Positions 27,967-37,140 are shown, counted from the stretch's first letter. The stretch: 64,000 nt of DNA from an uncultured virus (IMG/VR IMGVR_UViG_3300013121_000030) (IMGVR_UViG_3300013121_000030:64001-128000), one strand, 5' to 3'. Notes: generated from the letters alone by a model not told the origin. A program made the numbers and translations.

Positions 27967-29040
27967 ATGAGCACTTTCGCAACGACCATCCACACCATCA
28001 AGATCTCCGCACACCCGAACGCGGATGCGCTCGAACTCGCCCACGTAGGGGCGTACGTGAGCATCGTCAAGAAGGGTCAGTTCCAGACGGGTGACCGTGT
28101 AGCCTACATCCAGGAGCAGAGCCTTCTTCCTGAGGCGCTTCTGGACGAGCTGGGTCTCCGTGGACGTTTGGCGGGCTCCGAGGGGAATCGTGTCAAGGCG
28201 GTCAAGCTCCGGGGGGTTCTGTCCCAGGGGATTTGCTATCCGGCCCGGCCGGAGTGGGAGGTCGGCCAGGATGTCTCTGAGATCCTGGGAATCACGAAGT
28301 GGGAGCCCCCGATTCCGGCGCATCTGGGAGGCCAGATGCTCAACCTTGGGTCGCGCCACACCGCGACCTACGACATCGAGAATTACAAGGGCTTTCCTGA
28401 CGTCCTGGTCCCTGGGGAGGAGATCGTCGCCACGGAGAAGATCCACGGCACCTGCTGCCAGGTGGTCCTTCTCCCGAAGGGGATGGAGGTCGAGGGGAAG
28501 CGGGTGTTCGTGGGCACAAAGGGGATGGGGGCCAAGGGCCTGGTCTTTCGGGAGGAAGTCCCGAACCCCAACGTCTACATCCGAGCCACCGAGAAGATTC
28601 GGGGAATCTTGGAGGACAGCCCTCTCTTCGTTGGAGCCACAGAGCCTGTGATCCTTCTGGGGGAGGTCTTCGGGGAGGGCGTCCAGGATCTCCACTATGG
28701 AGTCAAGGGAGTCACGTTCCGGGCCTTCGACATCGTTCGGGGATTCCGCGGAGGTCAGAACTTCCTGGACGATTCGGATCTGGATGAGGCCCTTAATGCC
28801 CTCGGGATTCCTCGGGTTCCGGTCCTCTTTCGGGGCCCCTTCGACCTGGAGGCGCTCATGCCCCTCATCCGCGGCAGGGAGACCCTCTCGGGGAATGCGG
28901 TCCACATCCGTGAGGGGATCGTGGTCCGCACGACGAAGGAGCGGAAGGACCCTCAGATTCCCGCCCTGGAAGGTCGTGTCCAGCTCAAGCTGGTGTCGGA
29001 GGACTATCTCCTCCGCAAGGGGGGGACGGAGCACAACTGA
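27967..29040 (+). CDS. RNA ligase, Rnl2 / DRB0094 family
   Basis: N-terminal HPNADALELA OB-like domain, KLRGVLSQG; motifs TEKIHGT, GEVFG, FDI, REGIVV, LKLVS..YL. Confidence 0.92.
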   Translation: MSTFATTIHTIKISAHPNADALELAHVGAYVSIVKKGQFQTGDRVAYIQEQSLLPEALLDELGLRGRLAGSEGNRVKAVKLRGVLSQGICYPARPEWEVGQDVSEILGITKWEPPIPAHLGGQMLNLGSRHTATYDIENYKGFPDVLVPGEEIVATEKIHGTCCQVVLLPKGMEVEGKRVFVGTKGMGAKGLVFREEVPNPNVYIRATEKIRGILEDSPLFVGATEPVILLGEVFGEGVQDLHYGVKGVTFRAFDIVRGFRGGQNFLDDSDLDEALNALGIPRVPVLFRGPFDLEALMPLIRGRETLSGNAVHIREGIVVRTTKERKDPQIPALEGRVQLKLVSEDYLLRKGGTEHN

Positions 29041-29253
29041 TGCGCCTTGTGCGCCCATCCCGGCGCACCATTCGAGCCGAACAGCTCAAACGCAAGGATC
29101 GACGGCTCTCCCAACGAGCTGGAGGAGCCTCACGGGCAGGTGCGGCTCTCTGTGGAGCTTCAAGTTGCAGTGTTTCAGCCTCTGTCACGGGTTCTTACCT
29201 GCGAATGCAGGCCGACTCCTATGCGGCCCTGGCCGAAACCCTCCGATCATCGG

Positions 29254-29281
29254 TGTAATCTGACGACCGGCGTGCTACCCT
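29254..29281 (+). promoter_or_regulatory. Phage promoter TGTAAT-N16-TACCCT
   Basis: Motif family member; ATG at 29288 is 6 nt downstream. Confidence 0.75.
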
Positions 29282-29287
29282 CCAGTC

Positions 29288-29914
29288 ATGAGACTCAACG
29301 CCAGTCTGGAAACCATCCAGAAGACATACGAGACGGAGCGAGCAGGGAGGGCGCTCGCCAGCCAGATCCTCTTTCTCGTGGAGGATCTCCAAGTCACCAT
29401 GAAGGACGAGAAAGATGGCTGGGGAGAGATCGCCAAAGAATCCGGGAAGAGGGAGCTTCTGGATCTTCTTCTCAAGGACCAGAATGCCCATGGAGACGAG
29501 GATTCCAGCGTGGCCTCCGGGACTCGCGCATGGGTTCTGTGGGGCGGTGAGGCCGCAATCGAGCCGTATCTTCAGGCGGTAGAAATTGTCCGCTTCCGAA
29601 AGCATTTCGGGGCGTGGCGAAAGGACCAGAAAAGCGCATTCCGATTCCTCCTCAAGAAGGTGGGAACTGAGGAGATGTTTGGTCTGGATCAAAGCCGCAA
29701 GAACCTCTTCTTCAACCTCGAAGAGGCAACCACGGCTCTGGCCACGGCCTACTCAAAGTGGGTCGAAAAGACTTCAAAGGAATACCTCACCTGCATTGAG
29801 GCAGCCGAGCTTCATCTCAAGAAGCTTCGGGATTCGTGGGATAGCGCACAAAAACGGCTCCTGGAATCCCACCAAAACATCGTCGGAGGTAATCTCGAAA
29901 ATCACCTCCGGTAA
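29288..29914 (+). CDS. Hypothetical protein (leaderless, coiled-coil-like)
   Basis: 208-aa ORF. Confidence 0.6.
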   Translation: MRLNASLETIQKTYETERAGRALASQILFLVEDLQVTMKDEKDGWGEIAKESGKRELLDLLLKDQNAHGDEDSSVASGTRAWVLWGGEAAIEPYLQAVEIVRFRKHFGAWRKDQKSAFRFLLKKVGTEEMFGLDQSRKNLFFNLEEATTALATAYSKWVEKTSKEYLTCIEAAELHLKKLRDSWDSAQKRLLESHQNIVGGNLENHLR

Positions 29915-29915
29915 G

Positions 29916-29943
29916 TGTAACTTCGACGTTGGCGTGCTACACT
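29916..29943 (+). promoter_or_regulatory. Phage promoter TGTAAC-N16-TACACT driving the tRNA-like RNA
   Basis: Motif family member; predicted +1 at G29950. Confidence 0.8.
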
Positions 29944-29949
29944 GTCTTT

Positions 29950-30094
29950 GAACTCAACCCCTCCCTGTAGTTCAACAGGGAGAACACCCGGAAGTGATCC
30001 GGAAGTAGGCCGAGGCCCGGTTCGATTCCGGGGATGTGTGGACACAGGCTGAAAGTGTTGGAGGTTCGATTCCTCTCAGGGAGGGGTTGAGTTC
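29950..30094 (+). ncRNA. tRNA-like non-coding RNA with 18-bp closing stem, D-arm and two T-arms
   Basis: GAACTCAACCCCTCCCTG pairs perfectly with CAGGGAGGGGTTGAGTTC; TA-GTTC..GAAC D-arm; T-arms CCCGG-TTCGATT-CCGGG and GGAGG-TTCGATT-CCTCT; no CCA. Confidence 0.8.
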
Positions 30095-30135
30095 TTGTTC
30101 TCCTTCAGATCAAGACTTCAGAGTATCAGAAACCA

Positions 30136-32577
30136 ATGCCGACACTTCAGCTCTTCTCTCGCGGGGGACAACCCCGCACACTCTTCAACGTCCGTCTTGA
30201 TTCCTTTGCGGGAGTCGCGGCACCAGCTCCCTCCCCCAAGCACTTCGTGATTGTGGTGGACCGTTCGGGGTCCATGTGGGGATCCATGGAGGATCTGAAG
30301 AAGACCCTCCTTCAGCTCCTGGTGGTTCAGGGCTGTACGGATCCTGGGATGCTCGTGTCCCTCATCTCCTACTCTTCCCAGGGGGACATGACGGTTCACT
30401 TCCAGCGGGTTCCTGCTCGCCAGATCACTTCGGGCTCGTCCGCGGAGACCTCGATTCGGGCACTCCACGTCACGGGGCTGACCTGCATCTCGCAGGCTCT
30501 CTCCAAGGCGGTGGAGATGATCCAGCCTGGGGAGGCGACCCTGATTTCCCTCCATTCGGACGGCTACGCGAATGATCGGTCGCCATACACGGAGGGTCGT
30601 GCATTGGATGCGATCGTCGCGGACTTCTCGTCCAAGTATCCGAGCGCATGCATCTGCACGATCGCATACAGCGCCTACTCCGACTTCGGCCTCCTCGATC
30701 GGCTCGCGTCGGCGACGGGAGGTTCCTGCATCGTCGCCTCCTCAATCTTCGAGGTCTTTGAGGCTCTCTCTGCGTCCATGAAGACGCTGGAGGGGACTTC
30801 CAAGGCCATCGAGATCCCAGCCCAGGGGGCCGACTTCGTGGTGGCGATCGACATCGAGGCAAAGAAGGTCTACGGAGCCGAGGGGGATCTTCGGGTTTTT
30901 GGTCTCCACTCGGGAGCGACCATCCTCCGTCTCACCAAGGCTCCTGGGGCCTCTGAGGCAGCTCTGAGTCCCGAGTGGACGCTGGCCTGTGCGCGGGCCT
31001 TCCTGTCCATGAGGCGGCTGGCGGATGCCAAGGGCGCGGCCATGGCTTCTCGTGTGGAGGCCATGAAGAGCCACCTGAACGCGCTCCTCCCCTCGGATCT
31101 GGCCACCTGGTCCCAGGCCATGGAGGAGGCGATTTTCGGGGGTGAGGATCTCCACCAGGTTCCGTCGCTGGTATCCAGCGACGCATCCGTCCTCGACATC
31201 TGCAAGGTTCTGGCGCAGGATCCCTCGCACGTTCAGATCCACATCCCCAGCCTGATGGCCGGTTACAAGCGCCGGTCCATCATGAAGGTGGCAGGCAAGT
31301 GGGATGGGGGGACGCTCGTGGCCCCCAAGACCCGCACCAAGAATGCGGATGACAGTGAGTGGGTGGCCATCACGGGGGTGGATGTTTCGAGCACGAAGTG
31401 TTCGATGAACCTCGCCACGAAGCGCCCGATCGATCTCGTGGACCAGTCGGGAAAGGTCATCACGGAGGCCGGTGGGATTTCTCTGGTGCGGAAGCTCTCC
31501 AACTTCCGCAACTACACCCTGGTCGCGGACGGGAAGGTTCTGGTCCCGCGTCTCCGCATCAAGATCTCTTCCAAGGCCCTTTTTGATCGCCTGGTGCAGA
31601 TGAGGGCCATTCCTGCGGGGAAGTTCACTCCCACGGAGAGTGTGGAGATTGATTTCGAGGGACGTCCTCTCGTCTCGGACGAAGGGTTCTCGATTCCCGC
31701 AGACCTCTTCCAGCGGATGGCGCTCCTGCGGGTGATTTCTTCCACCCTCGCAGCCATCATGAAGGGGGAGTCCGCGGAACTCACCAAGGAGCAGATCGCA
31801 GCGCTTGCTGAGGTGGGTCTCAGCAAGAATCTGTTCGTGAACCTTCCGAGCACGGTTCCGTACGCAGACCGGGATCAGGCTGTGGCGAACGGCTGGATTG
31901 ACAGCTACGTGGCCTACTCGATCAGCCTGGGCTCCAAGGAGATCTTCTCGCTCGGGGAGTTCTACTCCGCGAATGAGTTCCTGGGTCGGTGGTGGGAGGT
32001 CTCGACGACGGCGAATGGGAAGGAGAAGAAGCCCACGTGGAATATTCTCCGGGATTCCTCGGCCACGGTTTCTCCGAAGGTCTCCAAGGCCAAGGTGAAT
32101 GCGGTGGATGAGTTCCAGCGCCCCATCGTGGAGGTCCTTCTGGGGATCGCTTCGGGGGATGCCGTGGACGCCCTCCAGAAGCGGATTCTGGACCTCGACG
32201 TGGGGATTGATCCCGATGATGTGGATGATCTCTTCCGCTGGAGGGAGCTGGGCGAGCGGATGGACGCCAGCCTGGACATCATCGCCAGGAAGGTCCAGGC
32301 TGGTCTGGAATCTCTCCAGCGCGATTACCTGGCGCCGCTGGCATTCCAGGTGGGTTCGACGGGTCTTCCTCCGGCGGAGGATCTTCAGGCCCATGATGCC
32401 GAGGGTCTGAAGAAGGAGTGCCCCAGCCTCGCGGGCACGAAGATCCCTGAGGGCACGTTCTTCCTCATGGGGGAACACATCCTCGGAATCTATCCGGAAA
32501 CGTGCTGGTTCTCCACGGAGAAGGGCATCGCAGAAGCTCGGGCCCTGATGGCGGGTTCCGTGGCTGAGGCTGACTGA
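30136..32577 (+). CDS. Large vWA domain protein
   Basis: N-terminal MIDAS VVDRSGSM, GLTCISQAL, HSDGYAN; 813 aa. Confidence 0.8.
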   Translation: MPTLQLFSRGGQPRTLFNVRLDSFAGVAAPAPSPKHFVIVVDRSGSMWGSMEDLKKTLLQLLVVQGCTDPGMLVSLISYSSQGDMTVHFQRVPARQITSGSSAETSIRALHVTGLTCISQALSKAVEMIQPGEATLISLHSDGYANDRSPYTEGRALDAIVADFSSKYPSACICTIAYSAYSDFGLLDRLASATGGSCIVASSIFEVFEALSASMKTLEGTSKAIEIPAQGADFVVAIDIEAKKVYGAEGDLRVFGLHSGATILRLTKAPGASEAALSPEWTLACARAFLSMRRLADAKGAAMASRVEAMKSHLNALLPSDLATWSQAMEEAIFGGEDLHQVPSLVSSDASVLDICKVLAQDPSHVQIHIPSLMAGYKRRSIMKVAGKWDGGTLVAPKTRTKNADDSEWVAITGVDVSSTKCSMNLATKRPIDLVDQSGKVITEAGGISLVRKLSNFRNYTLVADGKVLVPRLRIKISSKALFDRLVQMRAIPAGKFTPTESVEIDFEGRPLVSDEGFSIPADLFQRMALLRVISSTLAAIMKGESAELTKEQIAALAEVGLSKNLFVNLPSTVPYADRDQAVANGWIDSYVAYSISLGSKEIFSLGEFYSANEFLGRWWEVSTTANGKEKKPTWNILRDSSATVSPKVSKAKVNAVDEFQRPIVEVLLGIASGDAVDALQKRILDLDVGIDPDDVDDLFRWRELGERMDASLDIIARKVQAGLESLQRDYLAPLAFQVGSTGLPPAEDLQAHDAEGLKKECPSLAGTKIPEGTFFLMGEHILGIYPETCWFSTEKGIAEARALMAGSVAEAD

Positions 32578-32585
32578 AAAAGATG

Positions 32586-32613
32586 TTGACGGCGGGGAAT
32601 CTAAGAGTATGAT
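32586..32613 (+). promoter_or_regulatory. Sigma70-type promoter for tRNA-Leu
   Basis: TTGACG-N16-TATGAT, overlapped by an 11-bp inverted repeat. Confidence 0.6.
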
Positions 32614-32625
32614 TCCCCGCCACAA

Positions 32626-32710
32626 GCTCAGGTGATTGGAATTGGTAGACATGCCCGACTCAAAATCGGGTGCCCTTACGGGCGTGAGGGTTCGACTCCC
32701 TTCCTGAGCA
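32626..32710 (+). tRNA. tRNA-Leu(CAA)
   Basis: Cloverleaf with long variable arm; anticodon loop CT-CAA-AA; T-loop TTCGACT. Confidence 0.92.
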
Positions 32711-32747
32711 AGGAAAATAAGGAGACCCGAGTATAATCCTTGGGTCA

Positions 32748-33476
32748 ATGAAAACCGCAAAGGCCCATAATGGGCCGCCGCAAACTTCAACAACAGGACA
32801 ACAACTCGTGACCACCGAATTCGCCACCGATCTCGACACCATGGTTTCCACCATCGAAAACGACACCATTGATGAGCGCGTTTCTCGCCTCGTGGAGAGA
32901 ATCTCCGCAAGCGCGGACGCACTCAAAGTCAACCAGTTCTTCGCCACAATCTCTGCTACAGGGACGATTGGTGAGACTTCGCGCGTCTACCTCACCAAGG
33001 TAGGCGAGATGTCCCTCTTGGACTTCTGCACGGCGATTGTTCGTGCGGCGGGCCAGGAGGATGAGGCTGAGCCGGAGGTTCCGGTTCAGGTTGAGGCCTC
33101 AAAGGCGGCCAAGAGCAAGAAGGAGCCGAAGGCCCCCAAGGCTCCCAAGGCTGAAAAGGAGCCGAAGGCTCCCAAGGCTGGGAAGGCCCCCAAGGCTGAG
33201 GTCAAGGAAGAGGAGGAGGAGGAGGAGGCCCCCGCCAAGGCTCCGAAGACTCCGCCCAAGGCCAAGAAGACCTCTGCCGAGGAGGATCTCACGGAGGCAC
33301 GTGAGAGCATTGTCGGTCTTTTGGAGAAGGATTCCAATGGTCTTCCGGCTTCAAAGATCGTGGAGTCGTTGGGGCTCCATCGGAATGTCGTCCAGGCCAT
33401 CTTGGACGCTCTCATCGCGGATGGGAAGGCTGTCCGTGAGGGGCAAGCTCGCGGCACCAAGTACAAGCTCATTTGA
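32748..33476 (+). CDS. Histone-like DNA-binding protein with C-terminal winged helix
   Basis: KAPKAEKEPKAPKA repeats; C-terminal ILDALIADGKAVREGQARGTKY. Confidence 0.7.
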   Translation: MKTAKAHNGPPQTSTTGQQLVTTEFATDLDTMVSTIENDTIDERVSRLVERISASADALKVNQFFATISATGTIGETSRVYLTKVGEMSLLDFCTAIVRAAGQEDEAEPEVPVQVEASKAAKSKKEPKAPKAPKAEKEPKAPKAGKAPKAEVKEEEEEEEAPAKAPKTPPKAKKTSAEEDLTEARESIVGLLEKDSNGLPASKIVESLGLHRNVVQAILDALIADGKAVREGQARGTKYKLI

Positions 33477-33478
33477 GC

Positions 33479-33521
33479 TTATGACTCCAGGGTCCCTCTT
33501 TCTGGGACCCTGGAGTCATAA
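33479..33521. terminator. Hairpin / terminator
   Basis: Perfect 18-bp inverted repeat ttatgactccagggtccc/gggaccctggagtcataa. Confidence 0.65.
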
Positions 33522-33576
33522 CATCGTTCCCTAACTCATATATTGCCGCCTCCCAATTCAATGGGAGGACACGGCA

Positions 33577-33915
33577 ATGAGTTTGTTGGAGGGAAAAAGG
33601 CTTCTTCAGCATGCGGGGGGACACTTGGGTTCCTCTGTTGTTTTTGCAGCCATAATGTTTGGGGTGGTGTACTTCGCTTACGAGTTTCAAGCGAAGTACA
33701 ACGAGAGGATGCGCGCATCCTTGGCCAGGGTGTCAAGTGATGTTGTGGTTCTCCAAAGCCGTGCAGACCTTGCTGAGCGGAACTTGGCCTCTCTTTCAAT
33801 GGAGATTGCCTCACTCCAATCGCGGGTGGAGTTTTTGACAAAAAAACCTTTGGTTCCCCCAACACCTCCATCAAAGACCTCTAGGACCGGAAAGACAAAG
33901 AAACTACCCCCGTGA
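33577..33915 (+). CDS. Hypothetical membrane-anchored coiled-coil protein
   Basis: Hydrophobic N-terminal segment then heptad pattern; SD GGAGG. Confidence 0.5.
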   Translation: MSLLEGKRLLQHAGGHLGSSVVFAAIMFGVVYFAYEFQAKYNERMRASLARVSSDVVVLQSRADLAERNLASLSMEIASLQSRVEFLTKKPLVPPTPPSKTSRTGKTKKLPP

Positions 33916-34418
33916 CAAAAAGCTACACTCGCTTCCTCCAGTTCCAGGTGCGAATCCGAATTGCAATCAGCCACTGGCTGAAAGATCCTGGTTCTTCTCT
34001 CCTCGTTGGTGGATGGATCGGCGGACAATCCCGATGCCCGTTGTCACTCCACGAAAAATGGCCCCATCTCGCGTCACGGGCCACAAAAGACTCGGAGGAT
34101 TTTATGGAAGACACTGCTCGACTCTGGGGGATCCTTCTGGAGGAAGCAGAAGCATTCCTGGACGGAATCGAAAATGGTCCTCAAGCTCCTCCAGAGTTAG
34201 GGTCTTTCTATGAATTCGGATTGGAGCTGAGGAGCACTCTAAAGTGGACAGAAGACCCGCATCTCCATGAGTTTGACGAAATTCGGGTATGTGAGGACGA
34301 TGCCCGCCATCGACAAAACACTCTTCATCAGGAACGTCAACGGGGTTCTGATGTGCGAGGCTGGAATCCTCGCACACCGTCACTTCGGATACAGGCAGCT
34401 CAGCCAACTCTCCCGTAA
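33912..34418 (+). CDS. Hypothetical protein (3' end overlaps next ORF)
   Basis: GTGA coupling to previous gene. Confidence 0.35.
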   Translation: MTKSYTRFLQFQVRIRIAISHWLKDPGSSLLVGGWIGGQSRCPLSLHEKWPHLASRATKDSEDFMEDTARLWGILLEEAEAFLDGIENGPQAPPELGSFYEFGLELRSTLKWTEDPHLHEFDEIRVCEDDARHRQNTLHQERQRGSDVRGWNPRTPSLRIQAAQPTLP

Positions 34419-34902
34419 TATTCGGACTCGGTGGTCCAACTTCCTCATTGAAGGGTTGGACTTCCGTGTGTCCTCAAGTCCAGAGGACCACCTTCTTTAC
34501 AGGAACCTGTGTTCTCAGCTGCACATTCGACCCTCGATTGCGCTGGGGAAGAAAATCTTGTGGGTGACCTATGACGGCATGGAGAAGATCGTAGACTCCA
34601 GGACTACCCCTGTGACTCCTCCTCTTCCCTTGTCCTCACCGCACACCACACACACATCACCTCACGCTCCACAGAAGTTCCCTGTTGTAGCCTTGAGCCA
34701 TTTTGAGGCACTCACGCTGATTCAAAACTCGGCAGCCAAGCGTGGAGATTGGGACATGGTGAGGTGGACTGAGAAGGTGGCCCTGCAAGCGCTTGGAATC
34801 GAAGTGGCCTCGGAAACTGCCGTGCTGTGTCAGGCACCCGAGGATCCTCCACGTGTGGATTCCTTTGGGGATCTCATTGACAACATCCGGGGGGTCCTGT
34901 GA
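34267..34902 (+). CDS. Hypothetical protein, ORF6N/antirepressor-like DNA-binding domain
   Basis: NFLIEGLDF...LWVTYDGMEKIV resembles the ORF6N pattern. Confidence 0.45.
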   Translation: MSLTKFGYVRTMPAIDKTLFIRNVNGVLMCEAGILAHRHFGYRQLSQLSRNIRTRWSNFLIEGLDFRVSSSPEDHLLYRNLCSQLHIRPSIALGKKILWVTYDGMEKIVDSRTTPVTPPLPLSSPHTTHTSPHAPQKFPVVALSHFEALTLIQNSAAKRGDWDMVRWTEKVALQALGIEVASETAVLCQAPEDPPRVDSFGDLIDNIRGVL

Positions 34903-35618
34903 TCTTTGGGTCCCCAACAATTGGGGCGGCGCTTCTGTCTCCTGGCGTGAACCTTTATCTCCCCACTGGGGTGATTTTGTGGCTCTCCGTGGAAGAGGAC
35001 GAATTGGATTGGGAGGTGGTCGACGCCGGAGACGAAGCCATCGGAGAACCTCCACCATGGCTGGACATGGGGGAGATCATGGATCACATGCGCTACTCCA
35101 TGGTTGGAGGCCCAGTCATGGATTGGGCCCTCCACAAAGGTTTGTCTCCGCAACAGAGATTTGCGGTTTACTGCAGCAAACCCCACATCTCCCGATGTTC
35201 ATGGGAGTATGAGGAATACGATGTTGAATACGACATCTTTGAGGTAAAAAGAGAGCCCCCATCCCTCTCCGCACGAGAATTCGAGTGCGCTATCTCAGAA
35301 CTTTTTGAGAGGAAACGCCTCCACAAAAAGAGGATTAGGGAGTTGAAAAAGGCTCAGTGGGACAACGACCAAAGGATGAGGTTGAGGTGGTCTTTCGGGG
35401 GCGGTTATTTCGAGTCCTCAGTGGAACCTTGGTGTTCTGTGGAACTCATCTCGACATTGGCGGACCCGGATCTGCCTGAATATCACGCTCCAAACATCCT
35501 TGCATGGGGCCGATCGGACTCCAACAGTCGGGAAGATGCCTTCTTGGCACTGAAGACCATGGCGGATAGCTTCCGGCCAGACCTGGATCTAACCAAAATC
35601 CCCCAGCGATACTATTGA
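34899..35618 (+). CDS. Hypothetical protein
   Basis: 239-aa ORF coupled to previous gene. Confidence 0.55.
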   Translation: MIFGSPTIGAALLSPGVNLYLPTGVILWLSVEEDELDWEVVDAGDEAIGEPPPWLDMGEIMDHMRYSMVGGPVMDWALHKGLSPQQRFAVYCSKPHISRCSWEYEEYDVEYDIFEVKREPPSLSAREFECAISELFERKRLHKKRIRELKKAQWDNDQRMRLRWSFGGGYFESSVEPWCSVELISTLADPDLPEYHAPNILAWGRSDSNSREDAFLALKTMADSFRPDLDLTKIPQRYY

Positions 35619-35637
35619 GGTCGGTAATTGTTACTGC

Positions 35638-35880
35638 GTGGAGAACGACGACTTTCTCGAATATAACGGAACTGTGGTGTCCATGGCTCATGGGGATTTT
35701 CTGGTGGAAGTTCCAGAACTAGGAACTACGATTCGGGCCAAGCTCGCTGGGAGCCTCCGAAAGAACAAGATCCGTGTAATCGTCGCGGATGAAGTCAAGG
35801 TAGCGGTATCCCCCTACGATTTTGGGCGGGGGAGGATCGTGTATCGGTTGTCAAAGGGGGGACTCCCTCCCCGTCGATGA
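35638..35880 (+). CDS. infA: Translation initiation factor IF-1
   Basis: GTVV....F.V.......IRAKLAGSLRKNKIRVIVADEVKVAVSPYDFGRGRIVYR. Confidence 0.93.
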   Translation: MENDDFLEYNGTVVSMAHGDFLVEVPELGTTIRAKLAGSLRKNKIRVIVADEVKVAVSPYDFGRGRIVYRLSKGGLPPRR

Positions 35881-35907
35881 CAGACCTGGGAGAGAAGGGG
35901 AAGGGGA

Positions 35908-36099
35908 ATGGTGGAGACAACACAACATCCAGTGGACGCGAAGCCTTTGAAGCAGCCTCTCACACAGTGGGAGAAGGTACACAAGTTGGCTGAGGACACG
36001 AAAAGGTCTTTGCGCGAGTGCTGGAAAGCATTCAAGTCTGTGAATGGAGACTCTCTGAAGGCCAAGGATCTCCTGCGAAGGGAAGAAAATGCCCACTGA
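35908..36099 (+). CDS. Small protein resembling the N-terminal UBA-like domain of EF-Ts
   Basis: VHKLAEDTKRSLRECWKAFKSVNGDSLKAKDLLR versus EF-Ts pattern VKELRERTGAGMMDCKKAL..NGD...A...LR. Confidence 0.6.
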   Translation: MVETTQHPVDAKPLKQPLTQWEKVHKLAEDTKRSLRECWKAFKSVNGDSLKAKDLLRREENAH

Positions 36100-36319
36100 G
36101 ATTGACCACGAGTACACCGAAGAAATCGTCTGTCGCTACTGTGGGGAGGTCCACGAGGATTCCTGGGACTTTGCGGACAGCGACTCGGATTTCGAGTGCT
36201 GGAGTTGCCTGAAGAGGTTTTCATTCACGCGCCACACGATCGTGGCCTACTCTTCGTGGAAGAATGAGCCTCAGAAGGGGCACCGTGCGGGGGAAGCAGA
36301 TTCTCCGTCTGAGGAGTAG
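36089..36319 (+). CDS. Small Zn-ribbon protein
   Basis: CRYC and CWSC pairs. Confidence 0.55.
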   Translation: MPTEIDHEYTEEIVCRYCGEVHEDSWDFADSDSDFECWSCLKRFSFTRHTIVAYSSWKNEPQKGHRAGEADSPSEE

Positions 36320-36792
36320 GTCGTGATGACCGTGATGATGTGTTCCTGAGTCCTCTGGAACACCACCACGACCCCCAGGCGCGGATCTTCCCAAACCGTC
36401 TTGGCTCCCGCCTGGAAAGCTTCCCATCGTGGGGATCGGCCCCGTGATCGCTCCTTGTTGAGGGTGCGAAAGAAGAGGTCCAGGGAAGCTCGGATCTGAG
36501 GGACCGTTATTCCCCTCAGGTCCATGCGATACTGGGCGTGGGGGGTCAGGAACAGATTGAACTTCCAGGGGCCGCGCTCACGCTCATGGTCGTAGACTTT
36601 GTTGGCGGCAGCATTGGGCAGGTCTTCTCCGTTCTCCACAAGAGAGACGAGAGTGTCTTCAAGACGGCCGTCAGGAAGTTCATCGCGGATCCTTCGGACA
36701 ACATGACAGGTCCCCCCAGGATATCTTGCACCCAACCCAGGAGGATTCCGCACGAATGCGCTTCTGCGCAAGAATGCACTCTTGCGCAGCAA
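36271..36792 (-). CDS. Hypothetical protein with DUF4258/BrnT-like motif
   Basis: LTPHAQYRMDLRGIT...ITVITTY. Confidence 0.45.
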   Translation of the reverse strand: MLRKSAFLRRSAFVRNPPGLGARYPGGTCHVVRRIRDELPDGRLEDTLVSLVENGEDLPNAAANKVYDHERERGPWKFNLFLTPHAQYRMDLRGITVPQIRASLDLFFRTLNKERSRGRSPRWEAFQAGAKTVWEDPRLGVVVVFQRTQEHIITVITTYSSDGESASPARCPF

Positions 36793-36816
36793 GGATAGCC
36801 TGTTGGAGCCTTCTAC

Positions 36817-37134
36817 TCACACCCATCCCTCCCACCGAGCCTGGAAGGTCTGGAGGTCCTCCTCCAGCTTCGTCAGGAAGGAATTTGCCTCCTCCCCATG
36901 GAGGTGGGAGTAGGTATGGAGGTCCTCATCCACGGCCATGCGAATGATCTTGGCTGCGTGGAGGGGGAGCTCGCGTAGACGATGGAACATCTCCACCGCG
37001 CCGTGGACAGCGCGGCCAGAACCGGGAATCCGCGAGTCCTCCGCGACACCCCGAGCGTTCAGAAACGCTCCCCCACGGGGATAGAGGTCCATGATGGACA
37101 GAGCGGACTGGAAGATGGTTGGGGAGTACGACAT
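36817..37134 (-). CDS. Hypothetical protein (leaderless)
   Basis: ATG 6 nt after -10. Confidence 0.55.
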   Translation of the reverse strand: MSYSPTIFQSALSIMDLYPRGGAFLNARGVAEDSRIPGSGRAVHGAVEMFHRLRELPLHAAKIIRMAVDEDLHTYSHLHGEEANSFLTKLEEDLQTFQARWEGWV

Positions 37135-37140
37135 GAGAAG

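Noticed and set aside
29961-30040. Ordinary tRNA-His(GTG) using the first T-arm
   Set aside because: Loop lacks U33, sequence after the first T-arm cannot pair with the 5' acceptor strand, and a canonical tRNA-His exists at 37392-37464
27952-32922. Long antisense ORFs (27952-29058, 30742-32922)
   Set aside because: Shadows of GC-rich sense genes (RNA ligase, vWA) with no motifs
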